Origin: Hymenobacter sp.
Lineage (GTDB): Bacteria; Bacteroidota; Bacteroidia; Cytophagales; Hymenobacteraceae
Direction of reading: 5' to 3'
DNA length: 64,000 nucleotides
Assembly: GCF_035709525.1 (NCBI RefSeq)
Contig: NZ_DASTEP010000124.1
Span: 12,851-76,850 of the forward strand
The notes under the pieces are model-generated. The model made no database searches. It had not been told where the DNA came from and was given only the letters and a program-made list of their open reading frames with translations. Below are positions 56,301 to 64,000 of this stretch, piece by piece; positions within the stretch are counted from its first letter, which is position 1, and the number at the start of each line of letters is the position of its first letter. Made by a program: the position numbers and the translations under genes.

Positions 56301-57143
56301 CTGCGCGCGGGACGCATCGGCGCAACGGTAAATGGCCTGAGCAATGCTTTTGCTGTACCGGCCGGCCCCGCCACGGGCACGGCTGCCTACGTTATCCCGC
56401 TCAATTATCAGATACCGGCCGCTGGCCAGTATTCGCTCTACATACCCAGTGCCACGCAGGGCGGCCTGCTGCGCGACAACTCCGGCACGCACTTGGGTTA
56501 TCCCATTACCTCGCCCAGTGGTGTGCTTAGCCTTGTTGGAGGCAACGTAGTTGGTTACCACAACTACTTCTATAACTGGCAGATTAACAACGAGTGCGTG
56601 AGCGCTACGCGCACGCCCATCCAGGTCAACGTGGCGCCCGCGCCCACGGCTACGCTCTCGGCTGCCACTCAGGCCAACGGCGCGGTGCTACTCACGGCCG
56701 CGCCGGTAGCGGGAGCTACCTACCAGTTTTACCTCAATGGCGCGGCCGTGGGTGCCGCCAGCGCTACTAACACGCTATTGCTGCAAAGCGGCACGCTCAA
56801 CGGCAGCTACACGGTAGTGGTGACGAGCGCCGGCTGCGCCTCGGCCCCGTCCAACGCGGTAGCCGTGACGGTGACGGGCACGCGCCCGGCCTCGCTCGGC
56901 GGCGTGAGCTTGCTGGTGTACCCCAACCCCACGCCCGACGGCCGCCTCACCCTGGAGCTCACTGGCCCGCAGGCCAAAGCCTCGCAGCTCGAAGTGCTGA
57001 ACGCGCTGGGCCAGGTGGTGCTAAGTCGCACCCTCGCCCCCGGCGCGGCCCAACTGAGCCTGGCCGGGCTGGCCCCCGGCATGTACACGCTGCGCGCACA
57101 CACCGAGCAGGGCGTGCTCACGCAGCGCGTGGTGCGCGAGTAG
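53316..57143 (+). CDS. Large T9SS cargo protein with right-handed beta-helix and Ig-like domains
   Basis: Signal peptide; Asn-rich I.NN.I repeats; PDMGAYEF; Ig-like TTYY motifs; VYPNPT...GMYTLR...RVVRE sorting domain. Confidence 0.88.
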   Translation: MNQKLLHGLRRLAGAGLLGLAGLSAQAQTTTTVFSEDFEGATNSFTLENGSQNNQWVVAANGGNGPTSPGSRAAYISNDFGATNAYNITSASVVHLYRDVVLPAGQGAIQLNFDWRGVGDVSSDYLLVQVAPTSFTPVAGTVPAAASATALAQLNQQSTFARASLVLPASLAGTTQRLIFTWVNNAFTGTQPPALVDNITVTTRAATPLSGAYTINSALPTAGTNFASFTEAATRLNLDGIGGPVTLAVTGGPYTEQFSLGQVPGTSATNTIVVNGGGSIIRFASTTNQRAVVQLNGTDYTTITNLVIDATGGTTGVATSGIGVLLTNAADNDQLTNNTITVDGASTSTNFAGIAVSGSTLSATATGNSANNLLVQGNTITGGYYGIALYGSSATAQNTGNILRNNTIRDFYSYGIYAGFQLGAQLVGNDIARPLRTNTTTFNGIYIAGQCNGLAIEKNRIHDPFTGSPSVSGTSYGIYLAGNGSTSTTTNDIVNNVVYKMTGSSGQYLIYSGTGYSRIYNNTLSSDEPSATSANTTYGIFTSGINADIRNNVVSITRPGTGGKFGVYISGNPAVTALNYNDFYVPNGNVGYLNANYATLASWQTATGYDQNSLAVNPIFASAGTGNLQPADAGLNNSGTPLARVTDDITGAPRGAAPDMGAYEFSPIALDVLPAGLASPATTSACYGTAETVSALLRNSGSATLNFATNPATVTVVVTPPTGATQTFTTSLTTGTLASGTTQAVALPGTLNMSAAGTYSFAITATVVGDGNTANDVLTPAPTRTVLAPVAGTLVSSVSDLCGGGNAGLTLTGAANGSLQLQSSTSATGTFTDVAGATSANYVTPTLTSTTYYRVRVGCNASVVYSNVVGIVVNSPQLTATNSPLSICAGATATLTATAGPGSTVRFFSAATGGTALATTTAGSYTTPALAASTTYYAAAATGGAETVGPTAYNATGQTPATGGAVYFTATASFILTSVTVYLNAGQAAGTVTIDLRAGRIGATVNGLSNAFAVPAGPATGTAAYVIPLNYQIPAAGQYSLYIPSATQGGLLRDNSGTHLGYPITSPSGVLSLVGGNVVGYHNYFYNWQINNECVSATRTPIQVNVAPAPTATLSAATQANGAVLLTAAPVAGATYQFYLNGAAVGAASATNTLLLQSGTLNGSYTVVVTSAGCASAPSNAVAVTVTGTRPASLGGVSLLVYPNPTPDGRLTLELTGPQAKASQLEVLNALGQVVLSRTLAPGAAQLSLAGLAPGMYTLRAHTEQGVLTQRVVRE

Positions 57144-57163
57144 TTGGCTTTTGTAAGTCACAG

Positions 57164-57200
57164 AAAAGCCCCGCTGGCGCGTTGCCAGCGGGGCTTTTTT
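57164..57200. terminator. Intrinsic terminator after the T9SS gene
   Basis: AAAAGCCCCGCTGGC-gcgtt-GCCAGCGGGGCTTTTTT. Confidence 0.85.
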
Positions 57201-57213
57201 TTGCTACTGGTCG

Positions 57214-57654
57214 CTAACCAGCAAACGGATACTCGCTTACCAGCCGGCTTAGCTCGGGCGGCAGCGGGCGCAGCTTGCGGGCGGTGTAGTCGAAGGTGAG
57301 CATGCCGGTTTTGGCGCGGGCCACTTCCTTGTCCGCCTGGTTTTTGACTTGATACACGATGTCGAAGCCGTACTTGCTGAGGTCGCTCACGCCGATTTCG
57401 ATGCGCAGCACGTCGCCGTAGAAGGCCTCGGCCTTGTATTCCACGGCCACGTCGGCCATGATGAAGCCGAGCTGGGTGGCGGGGTCTACCTCCTGCTGGC
57501 CCAGCGCGGCCAGGAACTGCACCCGCGCCTCGTGCAGCAAACTCAGCAGGGCATCGTTGCCAAGGTGGCCGCCGTAGTTGAGGTCGGTGATGCGCACGGG
57601 CAGCGTGGTGGCAAAGCGGAAGGCGGCGGGCAGGGCTATTTTTACGCGGGCCAT
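57214..57654 (-). CDS. Thioesterase family protein (hotdog fold)
   Basis: VRITDLNYGGHLGND...HEAR. Confidence 0.88.
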   Translation of the reverse strand: MARVKIALPAAFRFATTLPVRITDLNYGGHLGNDALLSLLHEARVQFLAALGQQEVDPATQLGFIMADVAVEYKAEAFYGDVLRIEIGVSDLSKYGFDIVYQVKNQADKEVARAKTGMLTFDYTARKLRPLPPELSRLVSEYPFAG

Positions 57655-57675
57655 ATTTTCAAGGAGCAATTAATA

Positions 57676-58392
57676 ATGAGCAAGGAGCAGCCCTTTGAGG
57701 AAGCAAAAGTAGAAGTTCGCACCACGGCCGACGGCTCGCCCACGCTCTACGTGCCCGCGCTAAACGAGCACTACCACTCGCACCACGGCGCGGCGCAGGA
57801 GTCGCGCCACGTGTTTATTGAGGCGGGGCTGCGGCCACTGCTGGCTGCCGGAAAAGGGCAGCGCGGTACCGACCCTATACACTTGCTGGAAGTAGGCTTA
57901 GGCACCGGCCTCAACGCACTGCTGACACTGGAAGCAGTTCAGGCAGCGGAGGCGCATGTAGTGTATGAGGGCTATGAAACGCTACCTCTTCCCTCGGAAG
58001 TAGTAGCTGCTCTGCGTCCGCAGTGGCAAAGCCAGCCAGCATTGTGCGAGATGTTCGATACGCTACACGAAGCATCCTGGGAAGAACCTGTCGTGTTGCA
58101 CGAATACCTGCTCTTACTGAAAGTCCAGCAAGCATTGCAAACTGCCGACTTATCAGCTAACTACTACAACCTCATCTATTTCGACGCCTTCGCCCCCGAA
58201 AAGCAGCCTGAGCTGTGGACCGAGGACGTATTCGCCAAGCTCTACGCCGCCGCCGCGCCCGGCGCGGTGCTGGTGAGCTACTGCGCGCAGGGCCAGTTTC
58301 GGCGCAACCTGCGGGCGGCGGGCTGGCTCACCGAGAAGCTGCCCGGCCCGCCCGGCAAGCGCGAAATGACGCGCGCCCGCAAGCCGGCGTAG
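57676..58392 (+). CDS. mnmD: tRNA mnm5s2U34 methyltransferase MnmD
   Basis: TADGSPTLY...EHYHS.HGA.QES.HVFI, LEVGLGTGLN, YFDAFAP and PGPPGKREM. Confidence 0.92.
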   Translation: MSKEQPFEEAKVEVRTTADGSPTLYVPALNEHYHSHHGAAQESRHVFIEAGLRPLLAAGKGQRGTDPIHLLEVGLGTGLNALLTLEAVQAAEAHVVYEGYETLPLPSEVVAALRPQWQSQPALCEMFDTLHEASWEEPVVLHEYLLLLKVQQALQTADLSANYYNLIYFDAFAPEKQPELWTEDVFAKLYAAAAPGAVLVSYCAQGQFRRNLRAAGWLTEKLPGPPGKREMTRARKPA

Positions 58393-58489
58393 CACAAGCC
58401 TATCTTATGGGCTGGCAGTTGCGTTAAAGAGGTTATTGCCGGGGTTAGCAGCTTGCGCCCGGCGTTCACGCTCTTTTCCTCCGCGCATT

Positions 58490-58792
58490 ATGCCTACTGC
58501 TTCGCACCTCGAAATCTATTGCCCCGCCTGCCACTGGGAGCCCGATGGCCGCGCCCACTGGCAATGCACCTGCGGCTACGTCTGGAACAGCTTCGAGACG
58601 GCCGCCGTGTGCCCCAAGTGCCAGTACCGCTGGAAAATATCGCAGTGCCCCACCCAGCCGGGCGGCTGCGGAGTAGTCTCGCCGCACGTCGATTGGTACC
58701 ACGGGCTCGCTGAGCTTATCGAGGAGCTGGTGGAAGAAGCCGCGCCCGCCACCGCCGAAGCCGCCGTATGTTGCGCGGCCAATGAGTCGTAA
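58490..58792 (+). CDS. Cysteine-rich zinc-ribbon-like small protein
   Basis: CPAC..W.CTC..W....AVCPKC..W...QCP....C; stop overlaps the next gene. Confidence 0.7.
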   Translation: MPTASHLEIYCPACHWEPDGRAHWQCTCGYVWNSFETAAVCPKCQYRWKISQCPTQPGGCGVVSPHVDWYHGLAELIEELVEEAAPATAEAAVCCAANES

Positions 58793-60044
58793 ATTCCTCG
58801 AAACCGAAAGCCCGGCCTGGGTGTCCGAGGGCCTCATCACGGAGGCCCAGCGCGAGCGCCTACTGGCCCGCTACCCGCCCGACGCCGTGCAGGCCGTGGG
58901 CCTACTGCCGCTGCTGGGCAGCATCCTGCTGCTGCTGAGCGCCCTGAGCGTAGTGGCGGCCAACTGGCAGCGCCTGCCCGCGCCCGTGCGCCTGGGGCTG
59001 TTGCTGGGCAGCCTGGCGGCCGCCTACGCGGGCGGCGAGTACTTTCTCCGGCGCGGCAACCGGCGCGTGGGCCACGGGCTCATCGGGCTGGGGCTGGTGG
59101 TGTTTGGGGCGAGCATCATCCTCACCAGCCAGCTCTACCAGCTGGTGGGCTACGACGTGAGCGGCCTGCTGGCCTGGGTGGTAGTGGGCGTACTGCTGAG
59201 CTACTTATATGAAAGCCAGGCGCTGGCGCTGCTACCCATCGTGATAGGCGCGGCGGTGCAAACGTATTGCACGCAGGCGCTGGGCACCTTCAGCTACGCC
59301 ACGCTGGGGCTGGTGGCGCTGGGCGGTGGCTACCGCTGGTGGCGGCGGCCCGATGCCATCGTGGCCTCGGTGCTGGCCACCGGGCTGCTGTGGCAGGCGG
59401 CGCTGTGGGTGGCGCTCAGCCACAGCAAAATCACCTGGTTTTTCATCCCGGCCATGCTCGTGTACGCGGCCGGCGACTGGCACCCCACGCGCCCCGCCGC
59501 CCGCGCCCTGCAAGGACCGGCGCTAGTAGCGGCGTATTTATTCGCGCTGGGGCTGGCCTTGTTTGGCGAAACCGACCAGTACGCGGGGCTGCTGCGCCCG
59601 CCGGTGCTAACCTACCTGGGGGCGCTGGCAGCGGTGTTTGCCTTGTCGGTGGCGGGCAAATGGCAGCGCGGCCGGCTGGCCTCGCTGCCCGACTGGCTGC
59701 TCTTGCTACCCGGCTTTTACCTGCCGGGCGGGCTGCCGCTGGCCGTGGCTACGCTGGTGGTGCTGTACGCACACGCGGGCTCGGTGCTGGCCCGCGCCCA
59801 CCGCTCGGGCGAGGCCGAGCAGCTTACGCTCGGCACGGTGCTGTTCGTGGTAGCTACGATGGTGGCGTACTTCAAGCTCACCTGGGCGTTTCTGGATAAG
59901 TCGCTGTTTTTCCTCATCGGGGGCGTGCTGTTGCTGGGCTTGAGCTGGTATTTGCGCCGCCGCAATGCTCAGCGCCTTGCCGCTACCGTGGCGGGCAGTC
60001 CGCCCGCGCCGCCCGCCGCTTCCGACCATCAACCCACCGCCTGA
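58782..60044 (+). CDS. DUF2157 family membrane protein
   Basis: WVSEGLITEAQRERLLARY, VAANWQRLP, GASIILTSQLY and about 12 TM segments. Confidence 0.85.
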   Translation: MSRKFLETESPAWVSEGLITEAQRERLLARYPPDAVQAVGLLPLLGSILLLLSALSVVAANWQRLPAPVRLGLLLGSLAAAYAGGEYFLRRGNRRVGHGLIGLGLVVFGASIILTSQLYQLVGYDVSGLLAWVVVGVLLSYLYESQALALLPIVIGAAVQTYCTQALGTFSYATLGLVALGGGYRWWRRPDAIVASVLATGLLWQAALWVALSHSKITWFFIPAMLVYAAGDWHPTRPAARALQGPALVAAYLFALGLALFGETDQYAGLLRPPVLTYLGALAAVFALSVAGKWQRGRLASLPDWLLLLPGFYLPGGLPLAVATLVVLYAHAGSVLARAHRSGEAEQLTLGTVLFVVATMVAYFKLTWAFLDKSLFFLIGGVLLLGLSWYLRRRNAQRLAATVAGSPPAPPAASDHQPTA

Positions 60045-60586
60045 TGCTGACGCGCTCCTCTCCTTCCCACCGCATGCTGGTGCGGCTGCTGGTAGCGGCC
60101 CAGCTGCTCTACGTGCTGGGCGTGGCCGGGGCCGGCTACGCCACCACGGCCTACGGCCGGCATATCGTGCTGGCTACCAGCCCCGTCGATTTGCACAGCT
60201 TGCAGTACGAAAGCTTTGTGCGCCTGCGCTACACCATTGCGCAGGCGCCGCTGGCGGCCTGGCGCGGCCCTACCCCGCCCCAGCGCCGTCAGGGCGTGTA
60301 CGTGCTGCTGAACACCGCCGCCGACAGCCTGGCCACCGTGGCCGGCGTGTACGACGCGGCCCCGCGCCCCGCCGCCGGCCAGGCCGTGCTGCGCGGCTGG
60401 GTTACCGATGTTTTCGCTCACAGCCTGGGCTTGCGCTACAACCTGGAACGCTACTACGTGCCCGGCGACAGCCCCCTGCGCCTGGGCAAAACCAGCCCCG
60501 CCGTGCGCGTGCAGGTCGGCATCGCGCCTTGGGGCCAGGCCCGCATCGAGGCGGTGCGGCTACTGCGGCCTACTGCCGCGCGCTAG
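60044..60586 (+). CDS. GDYXXLXY-family-like protein (motif altered)
   Basis: L.T.PVD...ESFVRLRY and YNLERYYVP; coupled (TGATG) to DUF2157 as is usual for this pair. Confidence 0.75.
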   Translation: MLTRSSPSHRMLVRLLVAAQLLYVLGVAGAGYATTAYGRHIVLATSPVDLHSLQYESFVRLRYTIAQAPLAAWRGPTPPQRRQGVYVLLNTAADSLATVAGVYDAAPRPAAGQAVLRGWVTDVFAHSLGLRYNLERYYVPGDSPLRLGKTSPAVRVQVGIAPWGQARIEAVRLLRPTAAR

Positions 60587-61058
60587 CCAGCAGCTGGCGG
60601 TCGGCATCTGTAGCTGCCACCACGGCGTAGCGGCGCTGGCTGGTGCTATTCAGCTCGTCGAGCAAGTCAACCAGCACTTTATAATTGCCTTCCGCACCAT
60701 CCTTGATATAAATGGTGGCCTTGTGGCGCTGCTGCCAGGCCCTGATTACCTGCCCAATGGGCCGGGCCGGCGTGGCGACGTGCAAGCTATCGGCCGCCGT
60801 AGGGGTAGCGGTGCCGAAGTAGTAATACGGCTGGCGGCCGCTGCCCACCAGGATAGTGAGCGCCTCGGCGGGTGCGCCGGCCGGCGCGGTGAGCGCTTTA
60901 GCGGGCTGCGTTAGCTGCATCACCGGCGGCTTGGCGAGGTGGCTGATTACCAAGAATAACGTTGGCAGCAGCGCTACGGCGGCCACTACCAGCAGCAGCC
61001 CCAGCCGCCATTTCATTTTGGAGTAAACCACCGGGCGAGAAGTAGGCGAAGAATGCAT
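60570..61058 (-). CDS. Divergent ExbD/TolR-like protein
   Basis: LAKPPVMQLT..P, LTILVG...YYYFG and NYKVLVDLLDEL..T..RRYA; similar to the adjacent gene. Start may be ATG 61016. Confidence 0.7.
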   Translation of the reverse strand: MHSSPTSRPVVYSKMKWRLGLLLVVAAVALLPTLFLVISHLAKPPVMQLTQPAKALTAPAGAPAEALTILVGSGRQPYYYFGTATPTAADSLHVATPARPIGQVIRAWQQRHKATIYIKDGAEGNYKVLVDLLDELNSTSQRRYAVVAATDADRQLLASARQ

Positions 61059-61118
61059 AGCCCGTGAGTTTGCGCAAGCTAGCCCGTGGCTGATTATTAC
61101 CGGATGAAGCCCTGGCTA

Positions 61119-61646
61119 CTATTCTTTCCCATTGGCTGCCAGCAGTTGGCGGTCGGCAGCGCTGAGGTCGGTGAGAGCGTATTTCTGTTGGTCGGTGATG
61201 CTCATTTCGTCCAGAATGTCCACCATGTCGCGGTAAACCGCCGCTGAGCCAGACTTAATCAGGATAACGCCCTTAGGCTCTTGCCGCCGAAACGCCAGCA
61301 GCACCTGCCGGATGCCCTTTGCCTTAAAATCGGTCGTGTGCAGCGGGGGCACCGCCACCGTGGGGTCGGCGGGCGCATTCAGGCCGAAGTAGTAGTGCAT
61401 CTGGTGGTTTTTGCCGAGTACGATAGTCATTGCGCCGTGGCTGGCTACGAGGAACGGCTCTGTTTTATCCGGCACGGGCATAGTCAGCTGCATCACCCGC
61501 GGCTTGGCGAGAGTGGTGGTGAGCATGAAAAACGTGAGCAGCAAAAACGCCAGGTCTACCATCGGCGTCATGTCGAGGTGAAAGCTGTGCTTGCGGGTGC
61601 GCGGCTTTTTGCCGGCTTTCGGGGCGGGTTGCTGAATGGCAGCCAT
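61119..61646 (-). CDS. exbD: Biopolymer transporter ExbD/TolR
   Basis: DMTPMVDLAFLLLTFFMLTTT and YRDMVDILDEM.IT.QQKYA. Confidence 0.88.
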   Translation of the reverse strand: MAAIQQPAPKAGKKPRTRKHSFHLDMTPMVDLAFLLLTFFMLTTTLAKPRVMQLTMPVPDKTEPFLVASHGAMTIVLGKNHQMHYYFGLNAPADPTVAVPPLHTTDFKAKGIRQVLLAFRRQEPKGVILIKSGSAAVYRDMVDILDEMSITDQQKYALTDLSAADRQLLAANGKE

Positions 61647-61735
61647 AGCGAAGAGGGTAAGAATGACTCGCTGCGCCCGCGCGGCTACCCCGCCGCGCTA
61701 CCAAAGGCGGCAGCTACTCACCCGATGCCTTTCGC

Positions 61736-62335
61736 TTAAAAATTCCACACCCCGCCCGGCGTGAGGCAGGCGTGCAGTGGCACGTCGGTGGGCAGCACGT
61801 CGGCTATTTCCGCCAGTGGTTCATCATCTAAAAGGCTGAGCCCAATAAATTTCGCCCCCGGCCGGCACTGCGCCAGAAAACGGTCGTAGAAGCCGCCACC
61901 GTAGCCCACGCGGTGGCCGCGCCGGTCGCAGGCCAGCAGCGGCACCAGCACAGCATCGAGCTGCGCGGGTAACACCTCGGCAGCTGGCGCGGGCACCGGC
62001 TCCGGGATGCCCCAGCGGCTGGCGATGAGCGGCGTGGCGGGCGTCAATTCATAGTGCTTCAGCGAGATGCCATCGCGCTGCACCACGGGCGCGGCCAGGC
62101 GCGGCGCGGGCGCGGCGGCCCACAGCTGCCGGATAATCGACCAGGTATCGGGCTCGTTTTTGGCCAGCAGCGGCAGGAACACGTGCAGCCAGTGCCACTC
62201 CGGCACCGGAAAATGCTGCCACAAACCCGCCCGCAACTGCTCGCTGCGGCGGGCTACTTCGGCGGCGGGCAGGGCGCGGCGGCGAGCCAGGGCGGCGCGG
62301 CGCAGGGCGGCTTTAGGCGCGCGGTTTATTGGCAT
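61736..62335 (-). CDS. ygfA: 5-formyltetrahydrofolate cyclo-ligase
   Basis: KAALRR, WGIPEP, LVPLLACDRRGHRVGYGGGFYDRFL and DVPL. Confidence 0.92.
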   Translation of the reverse strand: MPINRAPKAALRRAALARRRALPAAEVARRSEQLRAGLWQHFPVPEWHWLHVFLPLLAKNEPDTWSIIRQLWAAAPAPRLAAPVVQRDGISLKHYELTPATPLIASRWGIPEPVPAPAAEVLPAQLDAVLVPLLACDRRGHRVGYGGGFYDRFLAQCRPGAKFIGLSLLDDEPLAEIADVLPTDVPLHACLTPGGVWNF

Positions 62336-63228
62336 TCGCTTGCGGGGCGCTCAACTAGGCGCTTCTTTTTTTCGCTCCAGCGGTAGCAGTGCGTTTCAAG
62401 CGGTATCATTTCATTCTTCACCAGCTTATACACGGCCGTAGTGACAGACGTACCCGCACAGCAGGAATTGCGCTCATAGATGCGCTTTTTGACTGTATCA
62501 AATTCCAGTGAAACACCCTCAAAACCGCTTTCCTCGAAGCGTTTGGTAGCCGGGTTATACAAGAAATATAGGCTGGATGTATTAGGGCCGGCGTAGCCGT
62601 GCTCAAACACCGCAAAGTCGGGGTGGCCATCGAAATTATAGTCTCCCACCGTTATGCTGGTCAGCCCTTGGCGCTCACACTCCACGTCGAACTGCTGCAC
62701 TAGGCGGTCGGTTTTTTTCTCCAGCAGGCGCACCTGCGAAACCGCCAAATTGCCGGTTTCAGCATCTTTCGCCAGCACTTCCTGAAAGTAGATACTTGGC
62801 AGTGAGGCGTATTGGCGCAGCTCGAGCGGGCCACCAGGCATGGGGCTGGCCCACAGGTCGAAGCGGCGCGTGAGCACCAGCGGTAATTGCTGGCCGGTAG
62901 TCAGGTTTTTCCAAGTGCCCGTGTAGCTGGCACGGTTGGCCGAAAACGCCGCCACCGTAAACGTACCCGTGGCCTTGCCGTGGCTGTCGCGCTCAGTCAG
63001 CGTCAGGGCACCGTGCTTCAACGTCCCACTCACCTTTATGGGAGTATCGAACTTGGTATAGACGTACATTCCCTGCTGCTGCACGCTTTGGTTGGCCCCG
63101 CCATCTTCCAGCATTAGCTCAATGGGCAATAAGCCAATCGTGCCCGTGTAGCACGATTGGCCCATTGCCACGCTGCTCAGGGCCAGCCCGAGCAGCGTGG
63201 CAGCCAGTTGCTTGGCCAGTTGGCTCAT
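62326..63228 (-). CDS. Secreted hypothetical protein, XAC2610-like C-terminal region
   Basis: Signal peptide; GDYNFDGHPDF, GPN.SS.YFLYNP..KRF and SCCAG motifs; more AT-rich than flanks. Family call is from memory of motif style. Confidence 0.55.
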   Translation of the reverse strand: MSQLAKQLAATLLGLALSSVAMGQSCYTGTIGLLPIELMLEDGGANQSVQQQGMYVYTKFDTPIKVSGTLKHGALTLTERDSHGKATGTFTVAAFSANRASYTGTWKNLTTGQQLPLVLTRRFDLWASPMPGGPLELRQYASLPSIYFQEVLAKDAETGNLAVSQVRLLEKKTDRLVQQFDVECERQGLTSITVGDYNFDGHPDFAVFEHGYAGPNTSSLYFLYNPATKRFEESGFEGVSLEFDTVKKRIYERNSCCAGTSVTTAVYKLVKNEMIPLETHCYRWSEKKKRLVERPASECQ

Positions 63229-63234
63229 CGCGCT

Positions 63235-64000
63235 TTATGCCTTCAGCTCGCCCACGCCGTCGGCCAGGGTCGTCACGTAAGTTTCCAGTTCGCGGCCCAA
63301 GCGGTCCTGGTAGCCTTTGGTCATGAAGGCGATGAAGTTATCAACCTCGTCGGCCGCCACCAGGTTGATGGTGCAGCCGCCGAAGCCGCCGCCCATCATG
63401 CGGGCGCCGTAGGCACCGGGCGCTTGGTGGGCCAGCTCTACGAGCACATCGAGCTCGGGGCAGCTTACTTCGTAGTCGTCGCGCAGGCCGTTGTGGCTGG
63501 CATATATCAGCTCGCCGATTTCGTGCAGCGGGCGGCCGGCCGATAGGTCGGCGGTTACTTTTTCCACGCGGGCGTTTTCCTCCACCACGTAGCGGCAGCG
63601 GCGCGCGATTACCTCGCCCATCTCGTCTTTCGACGCCTCAATGTCGGCCAGCGTAGCGTAGCGCAACGATTTGATTTCCGGGTTTTTCTCGTTCATAATG
63701 CGCACGCCTTCGGCGCACTCCTCGCGGCGGGTGTTGTACTCGCTGTCGGCCAGCGCGTGCTTCACGCCCGAGTTGCACAGCACCAGGCGGCAGGCGGTGG
63801 TGTCGAGCGGAAAGTAGGCGTATTCGAGCGAGCGGCAGTCGAGCTGCACCACGTGCCCGGCGCGGCCAAAGAGGCTGGCAAACTGGTCCATGAGCCCGCA
63901 CTGCACCAGGGCGTACTCGTGCTCGGCCTGCTGCGCGATGAGGGCCAGCGCCATCGTATCGTGGCCCAAATCGAGCATTTTATTCAAGCCCCAGGCGATG
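63235..64000 (-). CDS. galK: Galactokinase (5' part beyond the window)
   Basis: CGLMDQ, SEYNTRREEC, DDYEVSCPELD and GARMMGGGFGGC. Confidence 0.94.
   Translation of the reverse strand, partial: IAWGLNKMLDLGHDTMALALIAQQAEHEYALVQCGLMDQFASLFGRAGHVVQLDCRSLEYAYFPLDTTACRLVLCNSGVKHALADSEYNTRREECAEGVRIMNEKNPEIKSLRYATLADIEASKDEMGEVIARRCRYVVEENARVEKVTADLSAGRPLHEIGELIYASHNGLRDDYEVSCPELDVLVELAHQAPGAYGARMMGGGFGGCTINLVAADEVDNFIAFMTKGYQDRLGRELETYVTTLADGVGELKA

Overview
GC-rich Bacteroidota DNA, most consistent with a Hymenobacter-like Cytophagales genome. Evidence: TAnnTTTG -7 promoter motifs, type IX secretion (T9SS) C-terminal sorting domains, and rpmB-rpmG-DUF4295-ftsY synteny. The left 9.3 kb is a co-oriented nine-gene cluster: putative glycosyltransferase, SpsF-type cytidylyltransferase, split transketolase, class III aminotransferase, SDR, KdsC-type phosphatase, short NeuB-type synthase and a fatty-acid hydroxylase/sterol-desaturase gene. 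It looks like a pathway to an unusual, probably aminated, ulosonic acid glycoconjugate and is the best candidate for an undescribed system. The rest is housekeeping genes (ftsY, rpmB/G, rocD, hemB, lptB, tal, kbl, threonine dehydrogenase, rlmN, mnmD, ygfA, galK) and two tRNAs (Asn-GTT, Val-GAC), mixed with accessory genes. These include two T9SS cargo proteins, a ParE-type toxin-antitoxin pair, a degenerate ~2 kb islet at the tRNA-Val 3' end beside a truncated T9SS gene, three tandem TonB-C-terminal-only genes and two orphan ExbD genes. Several families of long intergenic palindromes (REP/REPIN-like) are abundant, and some supply stop codons. No CRISPR array, rRNA, integrase or transposase was seen. 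Family assignments come from motif recognition by eye, not database searches.
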